Assembly (NCBI GenBank): GCA_010405405.1
Contig: MU004235.1
Span: 1,378,538 to 1,442,537 of the forward strand
Length of the DNA: 64,000 nt
Direction: 5' to 3'
Origin: Microthyrium microscopicum
Taxonomy: Eukaryota
The translations under genes were made by a program, and so were the position numbers. How positions within the stretch are numbered: position 1 is the first letter of the stretch; every line of letters starts with the position of its first letter. Shown here piece by piece: positions 1 to 13,079 of the stretch. The notes beneath the pieces are model-generated. The model made no database searches and had not been told where the DNA came from. It was given only the letters and a program-made list of their open reading frames with translations.

Positions 1-3000
1 ATTGCCTCAAATTATACCTTTTGTTCTTGAACCTATTTCGAGGACGACCTTCCAGCTATAGTCGACATGACTGGAAGGTTCGCAGGGCTTTTGTAAAACG
101 AGTACGTTGCTGATATTTGGAATTCATCCCCAATTCATACACGCGGGTATTGTAAGCAAGACTCCACTACAGCACGACTACCTCTTGATTAGCTCTATCA
201 GACCCGTTTACTAACACAAATCAATAGACCTATACCCAGATCTTAAGGTGTACTTGTTTCCCAGCAGTCATTTTCTCGATTTCTAAAAGAGCGAGAGAGT
301 GATGACGGTCTGACCGGCTGTGTCCCACTGCTAATACAAACCAAAAAAATCTCAAGTTCAGTACTTGCTCAATTCTTCTCAGCCCAGTTGTGAAGCTTTC
401 AAAGGCATGGTTCTAGGTCAGGCTACCTCTAATGTCTTCACATAATGATTCCAAAGTAGTATTCAACGGACTAACGCTTGCTTATGTGCCCCTATCAATT
501 CCTATACTTCTAATCAGCACTTCTAAACATAAGACGCCATATTTCTTGTTGCAACCAATGAATGGTCAAGTAATCAACACCATCTTTGGGAGCCACGTAG
601 CTTGATATGGAGCACGTCAATTATCCTGTCCAGTATTTGACACTGGGCATCCAATAGAAGTAGATCTCCAATTTCATAGAACTTTTTGCTCAAGCAAAGC
701 TCACAGGCTCACAGGCTCAGGGTCCACTTGCATTTCGTACTTTCATGTGAGCTGTTTCCTGGAAGATTCGTCGTTGAAAGCCTACAAATCCAGCAACCAA
801 GTCCCCGGATCTCCCGTGCCAACCATTCAAAAAGCAAAGAAATTTCCGAGACATGGCTGGAGCCAGCCCATTGGCCAGTCTCCACCAACGGAATCCTGCG
901 GAGATCCACCAATTTCTCTTTGGCCGGTTACTTGGCCGTTAATCCAGCAGTTACGGATCATGACTGGTCAAGAAACGGTTCATTTGTCTGCAGGAGACAG
1001 AAGTGACTGAAGAAAAGCGGTTGCCTTCAGAGGCCTCCGGTCAGCATGCATGATTGGTTGTAGGCTTGATTGGTTGTTTAGCTGTCAGCCTTGGAATTAC
1101 TTCACATGCAGTATTGCAGCAGCTAGGCAGGCCCGATAGTGGAGGATATTTGGAACCTGCAGATGTCGTTGCTTCCAGTACATCGTACAGACCCTGGAAT
1201 TGTCAAAGAAATGGAAGGCAAATGTGGGTTAAGATGGCTGCACTGCAGGTCAGGGGAGCAATGTCTCAAAACAAACTGACCAACCGGAAGTTACAGACGA
1301 CTTTCTTCAGCACAGCATCATCAAAACGAGATGCTGTCCCAAGCACATGGATGATTGCCCTTCAGGTCATGAGATGCTTCGAAAAGGATTACCTACCAGA
1401 GAACTTTGCGCGTGCAAAGATTAGTAACTGGAGTCTGACATGCCATAACGCTCTAGGTCGCAATTTAGAGTCAAAGTATGAAGGCACTGAGAAAACCGAA
1501 TTGCACAACGTCAGTTTGCCTACTTTTCCCTAAAAAAGGTAGTGATATCTCGATGCTGTGCCTCCCAGCAGACTAGGATGTCATAAGGCAACGTGATGAC
1601 CTTGCCTTCTTGGTGAAAACTTGCAGGACCGCTACTCATATTGCTGCAAAGTGACTGAAGACTTTTAAGGCAGAACAAAGCAAGCCTTTCTCGCAGCAAA
1701 GTCGATTGACAGGTCTTGAATGAAAGGGCATGAACTCCAGAGTCCATAGGGCCTTCTTTTCTCTTTCCAGTTGTAACATGAAGATTTGATTGTAGAAATT
1801 GTGGTCCAAGTTCAAGTGTCGTTCAAAGAACACACCAGAAGTACGCCACCAACCAACTTTCAACGTCACCTTCACCCGGCATCCACAGGCTCGGGCCCAT
1901 GGCGCTCTGCCATCGGCCCGCTTCTCTGGCTCGAGATGAGCGAAATCGTTGGTTTTTATTTCTCGGATTTGGTCTGTGGAAGCTTTTAGTGCGTTGGATG
2001 CGCGATTTGATATCCGAACCCCTTTTCTGGTCAAGCAAAAGAAAGTTTACAAAAGTCAAAGTTTTACCTCTTGGGGGTCATCTTCATGACGCTTGTTGGA
2101 ATGTTTGGCACATTTGGCGCTTGCAAAGGATGATGAGGCAAGTTCCCGGCAAACCAGCCGACTGTTGGAGAATTGATATTTTCGTACCCGTCCATCTCGT
2201 TTGGGAAATTTGACGGGCCGTAACTCAGGGGAGAAAATTGGTCGACAGTCGAGAGATGCTGATGGCTTGAAGCAAAATTGGACTTAGTGAAGCCTTGCTC
2301 AAGCAGTAACTCAAAGGTACTTCAAATGAAAGAAGCGAACTGCTGAGAACAGCAGCTTGCATGGAGGCGAAACTGTCTTTATGAAGACCCATTTGCTGAG
2401 TTTAACCTGCAGAGCTTACGTTCAGGCATATTTAAAGCTCTTCTGCAGCTGAGCCCTGCATGTCATCCAAATCTTCTGCTGCTGGGCAAATTTGTACCAA
2501 CCACAGATCGACCGCGAAACTTCTCTTTGGCTTCCAGATTTGCTCATCGTCTGCGGCAGAGCTTTGTGTGCTTCTGGCATCTGCAGCGCTCTGGGCATCA
2601 AAGCATCAATTTCCAGGACGGGAATCTGTGTGTGAGAGGCTCAAAGCGTCGACTGCTAACTGTTAACTACCACGCGCCACACCGCCCACGCCGTACGGCG
2701 CCACTAGAACGGAACGTCGGGCGGTCCACTCAGGGCACATTCTGCAACTGGCAGCAAACCACAGGCTGCCTATTTACGGCGGAGGCGGACGGGGAAAGGG
2801 GAAGACAGAGCCGGTTTTGCGGCTAGTGAAGGCGATGGGTCGTCTGGCGTTTGGCTGTGATGATGAAAGGTTGTTGAAATGGCATCTGTGTGAAGAAATG
2901 TCGAAGCAATGGACGAATAGAAGCATCAGACTGGAACTGGCCAGCGAATGACTGACAGGCACAGATACTCTAGGATGATCTAGAGGCAATCGAATACGCA

Positions 3001-3199
3001 CCAGAGAAAGTTAGAAAGGGAGTGTACGCAGCCCATGGTCTTGGAGGCTTTGCTTGCGGCTTTGGATTAGGCAAAGTTGATGAAATTAGGATAATCTTGC
3101 CAAACCAAGTGGACAAGGGAGTTAGGCTTTGATGGAGGAAATCAAGGATAGATGCTGCAAAAGGCTAAACAGGCCTTGATCATAAAGTAGCAACAATGC

Positions 3200-3937
3200 C
3201 TCCGGGTACTTGTCCCATGTAACCATCTCTCTCCTTATAGACTTGCTATTTACATGTACATTGGTACCACGGGCTCGTCATCATCACCAAACATCAACTG
3301 TGTCCCCGTGGCTTTAAGTTTTAACCAACACTTCTTCAGTCTTGAACACTTTGCATCCATCTCCCTGTCGCATTATATCGTATATTCCTTGTTGACAGGA
3401 CAACTCTGCTGGTACAAATATACCACATAGTACTGTATCCAGGAACCGAACTCGATAGTCGATACAGTACGTCTGAACGAAACCTTGGACCCCTTGTCCA
3501 AAATAGTTGACCCTTTAGGCGCTTTTCCCCCAGTCTGCAGCTTCTCCAGATATTGCCACGAACAACAGTGCATCCCGACTCCCTGTCGCAATTTCTAAAC
3601 CATCATCTCTCCAATACAAATACAAATTTCGGCGCCTTCTCGAATTCGATATACCGAGAAGAGCACGTTCCATCAACCATATCGTCGCTTGGAAATCTTC
3701 CTGACAGCTCCTCGGTCCGTCCCTAAAGTTTCTACTTTTCGCCCGACCAGCGAAACATTTCATTGCCAAACAGGTCAAGACTCGTCGTTGATCGAGTCTT
3801 TGTTTAGTTGGCATTAACCCTTTCCAGGAAACCACCTGCATACATTGATTTTGGGCAGCCAGGTGCAGGATACATCTTTTGGAGGTCTTACTAAAAAGTC
3901 GCATCAGAACACGACCTTTTGAAGGTTGCAAAGACAA
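3200..3937 (-). pseudogene. Possible degenerate ankyrin-repeat gene remnant
   Basis: Short minus-strand frames carry ankyrin-like fragments in different frames (RCILHLAAQNQCMQVV, DALLFVAISG, ILDKGSKVS, ARGTNVHVNSK). There is no intact long ORF. Boundaries are approximate. Confidence 0.3.
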
Positions 3938-5137
3938 GACATCGAGGCGGTCACAGACACAATTACAAAAGCTCTGCGGCTTGCAGATACGTGCAGCTTG
4001 CAGCTCAAAACGCGCAGCCTTCCCTCGTCACCCTTGATTTTTTTCAAAGAGTCTGGTGCTTCCGCAGCCATTCACATCAAGGCAGGTCGCTTGTGCAGTA
4101 ACACCATTTGTGGCAGCTTTCCGGCGAAAAATTGAGAAAGTCATCTCGAGGTCCAACTACACAGTCCTACGCACCGAATCACTTTCCGGTCACCATCGCT
4201 TTTTACTTAACGCGGTTCGGACAGTCATACATCTTGACTTGCTTATTGTCGATTGGCTGGAATTCAAGATTCGCTGCGACTATTTGGGTTGATACAAGAA
4301 GCCTAAAGTTGGCGCGTTTAACGACACTCTGCACAATCCATTATTGCGGATTGGAAGGAACGCTAGACTGGCGACCCAAGCAGTAGGTTTGCCATTTTTA
4401 ATAGTCATATCTACACCCCGCGCCTTGTTTACATTCGGTCTGACAATTCCTTGGAAAAACAGAGAATCGTCAAGGAACGAGCCGTCGTTTATTGGATTTT
4501 ACGACGCTTTTAACCCACTTCAAGCGATACTATTGACGGCCGACCCTGTGCAACATAGTGGTGTCAGCAAAAAGCACCAAGTCAACCAGAATTGCCAAAT
4601 CCAGCTTGTGAAAACAGCTGAAAGCGGTCTTTCTAGGCAAAAAGGCAGTCGCTCCCGTTGTAACCCCGACGACAAGCTGTCCATCTGCATCAACGACGAA
4701 AAGTTGAAACGACAAAGTAAGTGATACAAGTTTCTTTCTATTCAAAAACAAAACAAACGATGAGGCTCCGGATTGACGGCCACAATTGGACATGCGTGCC
4801 ATGTGGTCGAAGATACAGTGTCTACTCTACTTGGTTCTATACCAGACCATACAAGTTGCGATGGCGAAATGAATATCCTCAAGCAGTCTTGTAGGCATTC
4901 TTTTGAGAAGCACAAGCATTGCAAGCGCACCAAGCAGAGGCGCATGAGGGAAATATTGGCTTTCGCAGGAGAGTCTGGCTTGGTTAGGCTATTAATTAGG
5001 CTGTTGGTGCTTAGGAGGTTTGGGCAATCTAGTGAGAGCAAGCCCATGCTAGCTCTTCACTGGTTGGTGGCTCCTGCCTTACAACAACAAAAGCCCACCT
5101 GCACCTTCCCACTCTTCTGGTCGCCTGGCTTTGTATG

Positions 5138-5166
5138 GTCTGTGGTCTGTGGTCTGTGGTCTATGG
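5138..5166 (+). repeat. Short heptanucleotide tandem repeat (TGTGGTC)x~4
   Basis: ggtctgtggtctgtggtctgtggtctatgg read directly. Confidence 0.7.
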
Positions 5167-5244
5167 AAAAAAGTTCCTTAGGCTAAGCTACAGCTAGCAA
5201 CGCAACTGCCAACAAACTCCACCGCTCCTGTCTCTCACGCAGAC

Positions 5245-5265
5245 ACTACTACTACTACTACTACT
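5245..5265 (+). repeat. (ACT)n microsatellite upstream of the Pin4-like gene
   Basis: actactactactactactact read directly. Confidence 0.8.
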
Positions 5266-5737
5266 CCCTTTTTTCTTTACTTCTTCATCTCCATATACAT
5301 TCGCACTTGCCTTGTCAACAACCACCAACCCAACGCCCTTTCCCTTTTCGCCCCTCTCTCCTTCCCTTATTCTCTGTTGCTCCTTCCGCCCAGTCCCAAG
5401 CTCCTGCCGTCTCCCAAATCCTCGAACCTGCCTCTTCCCGCTCTTTTCGACTCCCTAAATCATACTTAATTGCTACGACGCCACTAACAACTGGTCTTTT
5501 TTCTTCCTTCAGATCTTCTTTTCAATCTGCAAAATCACTCCTTTACCGCCATCCTCGGCCACTCATCTCGCTACAGAGCCGCAACTAATTTCCATACGCG
5601 TCACCAAAACTGCGGATGCAGCTGACCAACTCCTGACGTTTTGCGCCTCTTCTCCTGACGACTTCGACGACGTTCTGCAAGTCTATAGCTTGCTATAATA
5701 ATTCTCTCCGACGCCACGCGCTCTTACGGCCGTCATC

Positions 5738-7688
5738 ATGACTTCACAAGCTCACGACCTCTATTACGAAAACGCCTCACAACGCTCCCCAGGCTCTCAC
5801 CGCCAACACTCTCATCTCCAGAACCAACAACGTCAACAATCACGCCCCTTTGACGGTTACGGTACTATGCCGCCACCTCCTAATCTATATGCTCCGGATG
5901 AGCATGGTTTTCCCGCCCACAACTTACCTCGCTATGATGGACGAATGAATGCGACTTTGGGTGCAGGCTATCCAGGTTATGATAACTGGGGCAACGCTGG
6001 CCCGTTTGCTTCTGGTCAAAACAATACACTTGCCGCTATTGGTGCCACTACCCGTCGGAACCCAATGGGCAACCGTCCGGCTCGATCTGGGCTACCATCG
6101 GTACGTTTTGATCTACGAAGCAGTTTTTCAGGTCGATTCTAACAGTTTTTCGTAGAATTGGGTCGATCCGCAGCCAATGCCCGGCATGCCATCATTTACT
6201 GGCCTAGATCCTTCCCACGACGATCAACACATGCGCGGAGGAGGAGAACGCCATCACCATGATATCGACGAAGAACTTATCCCAACCGCCATTGTCATCA
6301 AGAACATTCCATTTGCTGTGAAAAAGGAGCAACTAGTCAGTGTTATGACCGAGCTGGGACTTCCTCTTCCTTATGCGTTTAATTATCATTTTGATCAAGG
6401 AGTTTTCCGTGGATTGGCCTTTGCAAACTTTACCACTTCTGAAGAGACTGCACTGGTTATTAACCAGTTGAATCACTACGATCTGGCCGGCAGAAAGTTA
6501 CGGGTGGAATACAAGAAGATGTTGCCATTGGCTGAGAGGGAACGAATTGAGCGTGAGAAGCGTATCAAGCGCGGACAACTCGAAGAACAACATCGTCCAC
6601 TTCAAGCCGCAGCTCAACTTCAGAACCAAACGTCTCTAAGCTCCCTTGCGTCTAATAACCTACAAACCAATTCACCATCACCAGTATCTTCACGACCGCG
6701 GCTCCCAGGTATTGGTGCTCCTGGTGGCGGCCTGGATCTTCGGTCTCTGCAAGAAAGTAGTAACATTGACTTTAATGACCCCGCGGTTCTGAACATATAC
6801 AGCGAACTAGTCATTTTTCAGCGCGGCCCTGAAGATGAGATGACATTCCCTCCCAATCTTAGTCCTACCCAACGACGAATGGTACATACATTGGCTCACC
6901 ATTTACGTCTCGGGCATATGTCCAGGGGTACTGGCCAGGACCGAGCAGTCCATATCTTTCGAGTCCCCGAGCAAGCACAAGTCAGCCCATCCAATAACTT
7001 GCCAACTGGACACCCAGTGGATACGCATCGGCGAGCTCTGAATCGCGCCGCAACCACTGATTTCAGTGACGTTCGCAGTGATGGTTTCTATGGTGGTCCA
7101 ACTGTTGCTCGTCAGGCATCAGGTGTATTTGGCGCGTACCCCGATTCACCAAATGGTCTACACGCGTCCGCAAATCTCCGATCTGCCAAGTCTTTTGCAG
7201 ATTTACGAGCCTATACACCGTCGCCTGTGCCGTCCACTGCTAGTTTCCCAGCAGGTCTGAGCAACAACCTGGCTCGGTTCACCGAATATGGTGGTACTGC
7301 GGCCGCCTCCAATCCCAATCTTACCTCAACTTCCGGTAACTATGCGGCAGGCCGAGATGAAGCACTATTGGTTAATGGACTGAACGGCATGGGCCTCGGT
7401 GGCGGCTTTGGACCCGGTGGTGGAAGTCCTCGAAGCACCCGAAATCTCTGGGATCGTGACACCCCTGCACCAATTGGAAGCAACCGAGCTTTCAGTGCAA
7501 CGACACAAAGCTTGGAAGACCCAAGTCAATCTCGCGGTCTAAACCATCGACAGCCTCGTGGCCCAGCTCCGGAGCGAGGTCCTGCTTATGGTAGACGCGT
7601 TGAGACACAACGAAATGGCCACAATGGCGGTCGCACTAGTGATGAACTTTCACCACACACCGGAGTTGACCTTGGAGTGGATCAGTAA
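5738..7688 (+). CDS. PIN4: RRM + R3H domain RNA-binding protein (Pin4/Cip2-like)
   Basis: Exons 5738-6100 and 6156-7688, joined in frame by intron 6101-6155 (GTACGT..CTAAC..TAG). RRM: TAIVIKNIPFAVKKEQL...YAFNYHFDQGVFRGLAFANF. R3H: FPPNLSPTQRRMVHTLAHHLRLGHMSRG. Confidence 0.9.
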
Positions 7689-9077
7689 TTGCACACTATT
7701 TGACTCTTGTCATTTGGGTGTATGAATGATGGCACGACCTATAGAGTATCCACACGATTTTTAAGGTGGCTCTACTCATTACGACGTACACGAAGAATGA
7801 CGGCATGACGCTAGAAGTCCCTAGGGTTCACACCTACGGCTTCATGTGGGACGCTTCATACCCTCTATCGCATTGTCTGCTTGGTATATCCAAAGATCCA
7901 AAAGCATTTTTCCAGCAACGAGCACGCACGATATCAGCGCTTGGTGGCTTTTTACAGTATTGTTTTCTTCTGCATGCTTTACTGCCTTTTTTTCATTTAC
8001 GATGGCGAGGACCGACGGCTTTCGCGCCTGTGGTCATTGATTGTATTGTGTATTATCTGATATTTTGACAAATTGGGCTGTTCTATTATATGCTAATTAC
8101 AGGTGGAGGTGGAGTTTATTTGCTTTCGGAGAGAAACGTTGCGATTGTGTTTACAATATCATACTTGTGTATTCAATTCTTCCCCACATATCCTGTCTAT
8201 GAGTTTGGTGGGCGTAAAAGTTCCTGTCATTGTCGGTTGTTCTGCTCAGATGCATCCTCTAGGAGTCGGAAGCAATCGTGATGTCAAGTACTGAGGATTG
8301 GCATGCCATTTTCGCAGCTCAGCATTTCTGGGTCTCAACGGCTTATCGATTTGGTAACGCTCATATCGAAACTACCTCCGTCGTCAGCCTTTCCGTCCAT
8401 TCAGTAGAAGAGCACCATTAATCTGCTTCAGACATCCGGTTGACCTTGCCCAATATCGCCATCACAACTTCTCTCACCTTTACAACCTTCCAGCGTATGT
8501 GTAACTACTGGAATACTGGACTACCATATCTCGCTCAAATGGCTGGCGCGATGGGATGGTGTTTTATCCAAAAACTCACTTTCTCTTCTTTACCTATCGT
8601 TGCAAAAATACATAATTGTAGCATGGAATTTTAATTACATGAACTTATTCGATCATTCAAATCAAAAGTATGCCACATATTTTACTTATAGCTTTCTTTT
8701 GTGGCCTTGTCTATTAAATGTGCTAGTGATATGTAACTCGACCAGCAGCACTACTCATGGAACAGCTGGAATAATTATTGACAGCTGTCAACTGTCAACT
8801 CGTCCGTCGAAGCTCATATCTAACAGACCAGTTGAGTACGGAGATATTATGGAGATAGGAGAGACAAGCTAAACCAGCCAATAAGCGCAAGGGCTAAAAG
8901 AGCAGGAGTTGAACTTTTTTAACGTCTGAGCTTCATCAACCAACATCGGAATCATCATTCGCCTCGACAAGAACATCGCCATTGCTGTTTCTCTGTCCAT
9001 TTTCTCTTTCTCTTTTGTCTAAATACTCTTGCATCATGCGTACCTAGTTTGCAGTCTGCTTTAAACCTCCTCACATA

Positions 9078-11156
9078 ATGCTTACACCGCGCATGTCACT
9101 CACGCGCATGGCGCTGTCGCGCGTCATCAGATTCTCGGCCACTCGAGCTACCTCCTTAAATGCCAGATCAGCTCTACCGCAATCGCCGTCGATAGTGAGA
9201 GGCTATAGCGGTGGGAACTTAGGGAAGTGCCGACTCAATACGTCTCAACTACAAAGCTCCAGCAGCGCATCAACGACGCTACAATTCCTCAACAGTCGCA
9301 TCAGTCTAGGCTCATTTCGACCGTCGCCTGTCACAACTGCTTTGGGTATTACGGCTGTGAGGTGGAAGAGTAATAAGAAACGGCATAGAAATACCCCAGA
9401 CTTCCGGAAACCTCCTGCCCTCGACCATAATGGAAATCCTGTACAATCATCGAGAAACGAGTCGAGACCAGATCAACCCCGAAATGTCCCGTTCAATAAT
9501 ACGCAGCCGGAGTTTGATGGGCCAAAAGCACCAGCGGCAAACAAGTCAGAGTCGTGGACTCCCTCGCAACCGTCGAGAACAGAGTCCAGCTCAGAAGTAG
9601 AGTTCAACAAGGCACAACCAGAGTTTTCTGGCCCGAAAACGCCAGAGGCGAATCAAGCAGAAGCTGAAGTCGAAGATCCCGAGCCCATAAAACCTCAAAA
9701 ACCGCTTCCTGACCTACGCTATGGAATACCGTCCACGTTCGAGCAAGAATACATGAAGTCAGAAGATAAGGGCCAAGGAGATCCAGTATCACATCGCGAG
9801 ATAGACATTACGGACTCCCATGCAGAGCAAGAAGGCGCAGGAGCTGGAGCTGGATCGGGTGGTGGACGAGGAGATGGCGAAATACCAAAATCTGCCTACG
9901 AGTCATCCATTGACAAACGACGAAACCGAATGGCTACCATATTCTACATTACCTTTGTGACCCTTGGTGTGGCTGGTGCAGCTTGGGCAGGTCGAGATTG
10001 GGAGACTGAAGAGGAAGCGAAACGGTTCCCCGACGCGCCGTCTGGTTGGGGCTTAATGTTGTTCTACAACCGGATTCAAGCTCGCATAAAGGATCAACTC
10101 GGCTATTATACTGAACCAGCCTTCCCTAAATTATTACCAACAATCACGGATCAACCCATGCCACCAAACACTCTCGTCATCAGTCTTGAGGATATGCTGG
10201 TGCATAGCGAGTGGACAAGAGAACATGGCTGGCGGACAGCAAAACGACCTGGACTGGACTTTTTTCTCATGTACTTGAGCCAGTACTACGAACTATGTCT
10301 CTTCACCAGCGTCCCAAGCGCCATCGCCGATCCAGTCGTCCGTAAACTCGACCCCTACCATCTAATCATGTGGACACTATTCCGCGAAGCCACCCGCTAC
10401 GAAAAGGGCAACTACATAAAAGTAAGTCATCACCCAACCACTACCTACCCGCACATACTAATAGACTCCTTCCAGGATCTCTCATACCTCAATCGTCCCC
10501 TCGAACACACAATCCTCGTCGACACAAATACTACCCACTCCAAAGCACAACCCGACAACGCCATAATCCTCAAACCCTGGAACGGCGACCCCGAAGACCG
10601 CGAACTCCTCGCCCTAATTCCCTTTCTCGAATATATCGCCAATCTCCCCATCGCCGACGTGCGCCCACTCATAAAATCCTTCGAAGGCACTGATGTGCCC
10701 AAAGAATTCGCCGCACGCGAAGCACGCATGCGCGCCGCCTGGCAAGCCGAGCAAGACTCCAAAAAGCGTTCACCCTCGAAAAAGGGTCTCTCCAGCCTCG
10801 CTAGTAGTGTGATCCGTAGTGGGACACCAGCAGACGGCCCGGTGAGCTTAAGTGAAGAGTTGGCCAAGGGCAAATTCTTGCTGGACGTTATTAGAGAGCA
10901 GGGCATGAAGATGTATAGACAGACGGAGAAGGAATTCAGAGAAAATGGGCCAAAGTGGTTGGCCGATGAGGCAGATCTGATGAAGCGCGTGGAGGCAGAA
11001 CATATGAAGAGTGTCAAGAGTAATCCGTTGGCATTGTTCGGTATTGGTATGGCGCCGGCGGATCAGCAGGCTATGATGGAGAAGGCTATGAAGGCGAAGA
11101 TGGAGGAGGATGCTGCAAAGGCTGCCGGAGCTGCCTCTGTGGCAGATGCAAAATAG
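9078..11156 (+). CDS. TIM50: Mitochondrial import inner membrane translocase subunit Tim50
   Basis: Arg/Ser-rich presequence, one TM helix (IFYITFVTLGVAGAAW) and an FCP1/NIF-like domain (LVISLEDMLVHSEWTREHGWRTAKRPG...LFREATRY..YIK|DLSYLNR). Intron 10422-10475. Confidence 0.95.
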   Translation: MLTPRMSLTRMALSRVIRFSATRATSLNARSALPQSPSIVRGYSGGNLGKCRLNTSQLQSSSSASTTLQFLNSRISLGSFRPSPVTTALGITAVRWKSNKKRHRNTPDFRKPPALDHNGNPVQSSRNESRPDQPRNVPFNNTQPEFDGPKAPAANKSESWTPSQPSRTESSSEVEFNKAQPEFSGPKTPEANQAEAEVEDPEPIKPQKPLPDLRYGIPSTFEQEYMKSEDKGQGDPVSHREIDITDSHAEQEGAGAGAGSGGGRGDGEIPKSAYESSIDKRRNRMATIFYITFVTLGVAGAAWAGRDWETEEEAKRFPDAPSGWGLMLFYNRIQARIKDQLGYYTEPAFPKLLPTITDQPMPPNTLVISLEDMLVHSEWTREHGWRTAKRPGLDFFLMYLSQYYELCLFTSVPSAIADPVVRKLDPYHLIMWTLFREATRYEKGNYIKVSHHPTTTYPHILIDSFQDLSYLNRPLEHTILVDTNTTHSKAQPDNAIILKPWNGDPEDRELLALIPFLEYIANLPIADVRPLIKSFEGTDVPKEFAAREARMRAAWQAEQDSKKRSPSKKGLSSLASSVIRSGTPADGPVSLSEELAKGKFLLDVIREQGMKMYRQTEKEFRENGPKWLADEADLMKRVEAEHMKSVKSNPLALFGIGMAPADQQAMMEKAMKAKMEEDAAKAAGAASVADAK

Positions 11157-11970
11157 GCGAGTGGACTTGTATATTAGGTGTGAACTGTAAAGGGGTGGTG
11201 GGTTGATGAAGGTACTTGGTAAGAAGGAAGGAATTCGCCACTCTGATAGGCTTGGTGGCTTGATACCAAGAGAATGAGCATACAGGAAGCATTGAAATGT
11301 TTGTATTTATTTGTCAATCTGATTGTTCTATAAACATTTGGTGGAGCTGCCAATATTGGAGACCTTGATACATGTATCATTGTGTACTGTGAAGCTACTG
11401 AGTAGTATATATCAAAGATTTAAATCCCCGAAGAACAGGAGTTAGCTGCAACTTAACACAGTTAGAAATATTAGAGCTCCTCTTTCACTTTTATATAATT
11501 CAAAGGGACAAGTTTCATCCATCTCAGATTTTAGAGCTCTCAGATGCTTTGAGGTCGATTTATATGACAGGGATTCCTGGTTCAGCGCAGGCGACCAAAC
11601 CAACGTCACCCAAACTTGACATGAGCTACTCCACCACCATCCATCAACCTCCATCTCTAAAACACCTACAACCTACAACTTCACGCCCTGAGCTTCTACT
11701 TCTTCCACCTTCTTCATAGAATCAGAAAAGAAAAGGTCACTAAGCTTGGGTTACCTTAGGCCCCTACTACGTGACCGCATCCTCACCCATTTCTATTGCT
11801 ACCGGGCTCTTCGCCGTTGCCTCCTCAAACCAAAACCTCCACAACCTTCGACTGCTAAACCTACTGCTCGACATTTTGCCAACAAGCCTACAGGCCAGCG
11901 TTCTACCACAAGTCCCCCTACTGCCAAGCGCACAGCACAACGAGAATATCCTGACAGACCACGCGCAACG

Positions 11971-13079
11971 ATGGTAAATCCTCACTGCTGATAGTACCAA
12001 CGTAGCATCTGACAATATCACAGTACCGCGCAACAGATTTCGATCCATCGGATCCAATGTCCATGTACCAGGCCGCCATGCGCAATGGTCGAGGACGCAA
12101 CTTCGACGAATACTTCCGATGCTACCCCATTGCCATGCTGCCAGGTCCCGATCGTCCAGATGCGAACCACGGCGGCAAAGTCTTCCTACCACCCTCGGCC
12201 CTTGACAAACTCACGCGGCTACACATTACATACCCTATGCTCTTTGAGCTCAAAAACAACAAAGTGAAGACTCAAACACATGCGGGTGTCTTGGAGTTCA
12301 TCGCCGAAGAAGGAAAGATCTATCTTCCGTACTGGTTGATGCAAACCCTCGTCCTTGAACCAGGCGATCTCGTACAAGTTCAAAGCACCGACCTGCCACT
12401 GGGCACATTCATCAAGCTCCAACCTCAAGATGTTAGCTTCCTTGATATCTCCGATCCAAAGGCCGTCCTTGAAAACGCCTTCCGCAACTTCGCATGTCTC
12501 ACCACTGGCGATACCTTCACATTCTCATACAACGATACGACATATAGCATAGCTGTGCTCGAGACGAAACCGGAAAACCCGAAGAACGCGATATGTACAC
12601 TAGAGACCGATCTGAGCGTCGATTTCGCACCACCAATAGGCTACGAAGAGCCAAGTCGGAAAACTAGCGGGACCAGCACGCCCCGTAGCATGACCGGTGG
12701 TCTCGCAGGCAAAGGTGGTGTAGTACACGCGCAAGGCTCCATGGCTCAGGCCATCAACTACGCGTCAATCGCACCATCAGCTCCCGGCGCACCCGTTGCG
12801 TCAGTCCATTTCTCTGGCTCGGGTAATCGGTTAGCGCCGCGCAAAGGCAAGGCTGCTGCTTCGCGGTCAGAGACGCCTGTGGATACACCAAAGAGTGCGC
12901 CGCCGCGGGCAGTGAATGGCCCTCAGCCGTTGAGATTGGGACCGGGGAAATTGTTCTTTGGCTATGCGGTCACGCCGGTCAAGAAGAAGGAGGATGGAGA
13001 GGCGGAGAAAGAGAGCGTGCATTTCGCTGGCTCAGGGCAGACTTTGCGGAAAAAGAAGGGTGATGGGAAAGATAAATAG
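11971..13079 (+). CDS. UFD1: Ubiquitin fusion degradation protein Ufd1
   Basis: FDEYFRCYP, GGKVFLPPSALDKLTRLHITYPMLFEL, THAGVLEFIAEEG and C-terminal SHP-like boxes FSGSGNRL/FAGSGQTL. Probable ATG-only first exon 11971-11973, intron 11974-12023. An in-frame ATG at 12057 is an alternative start. Confidence 0.93.

Noticed and set aside
47..79. 9-bp inverted repeat ACCTTCCAG/CTGGAAGGT
   Set aside because: Isolated, with no target-site duplication or transposase context; expected by chance.
5484..5512. Branch point and acceptor suggesting a 5'-UTR intron in the Pin4-like gene
   Set aside because: No convincing donor at a typical distance.
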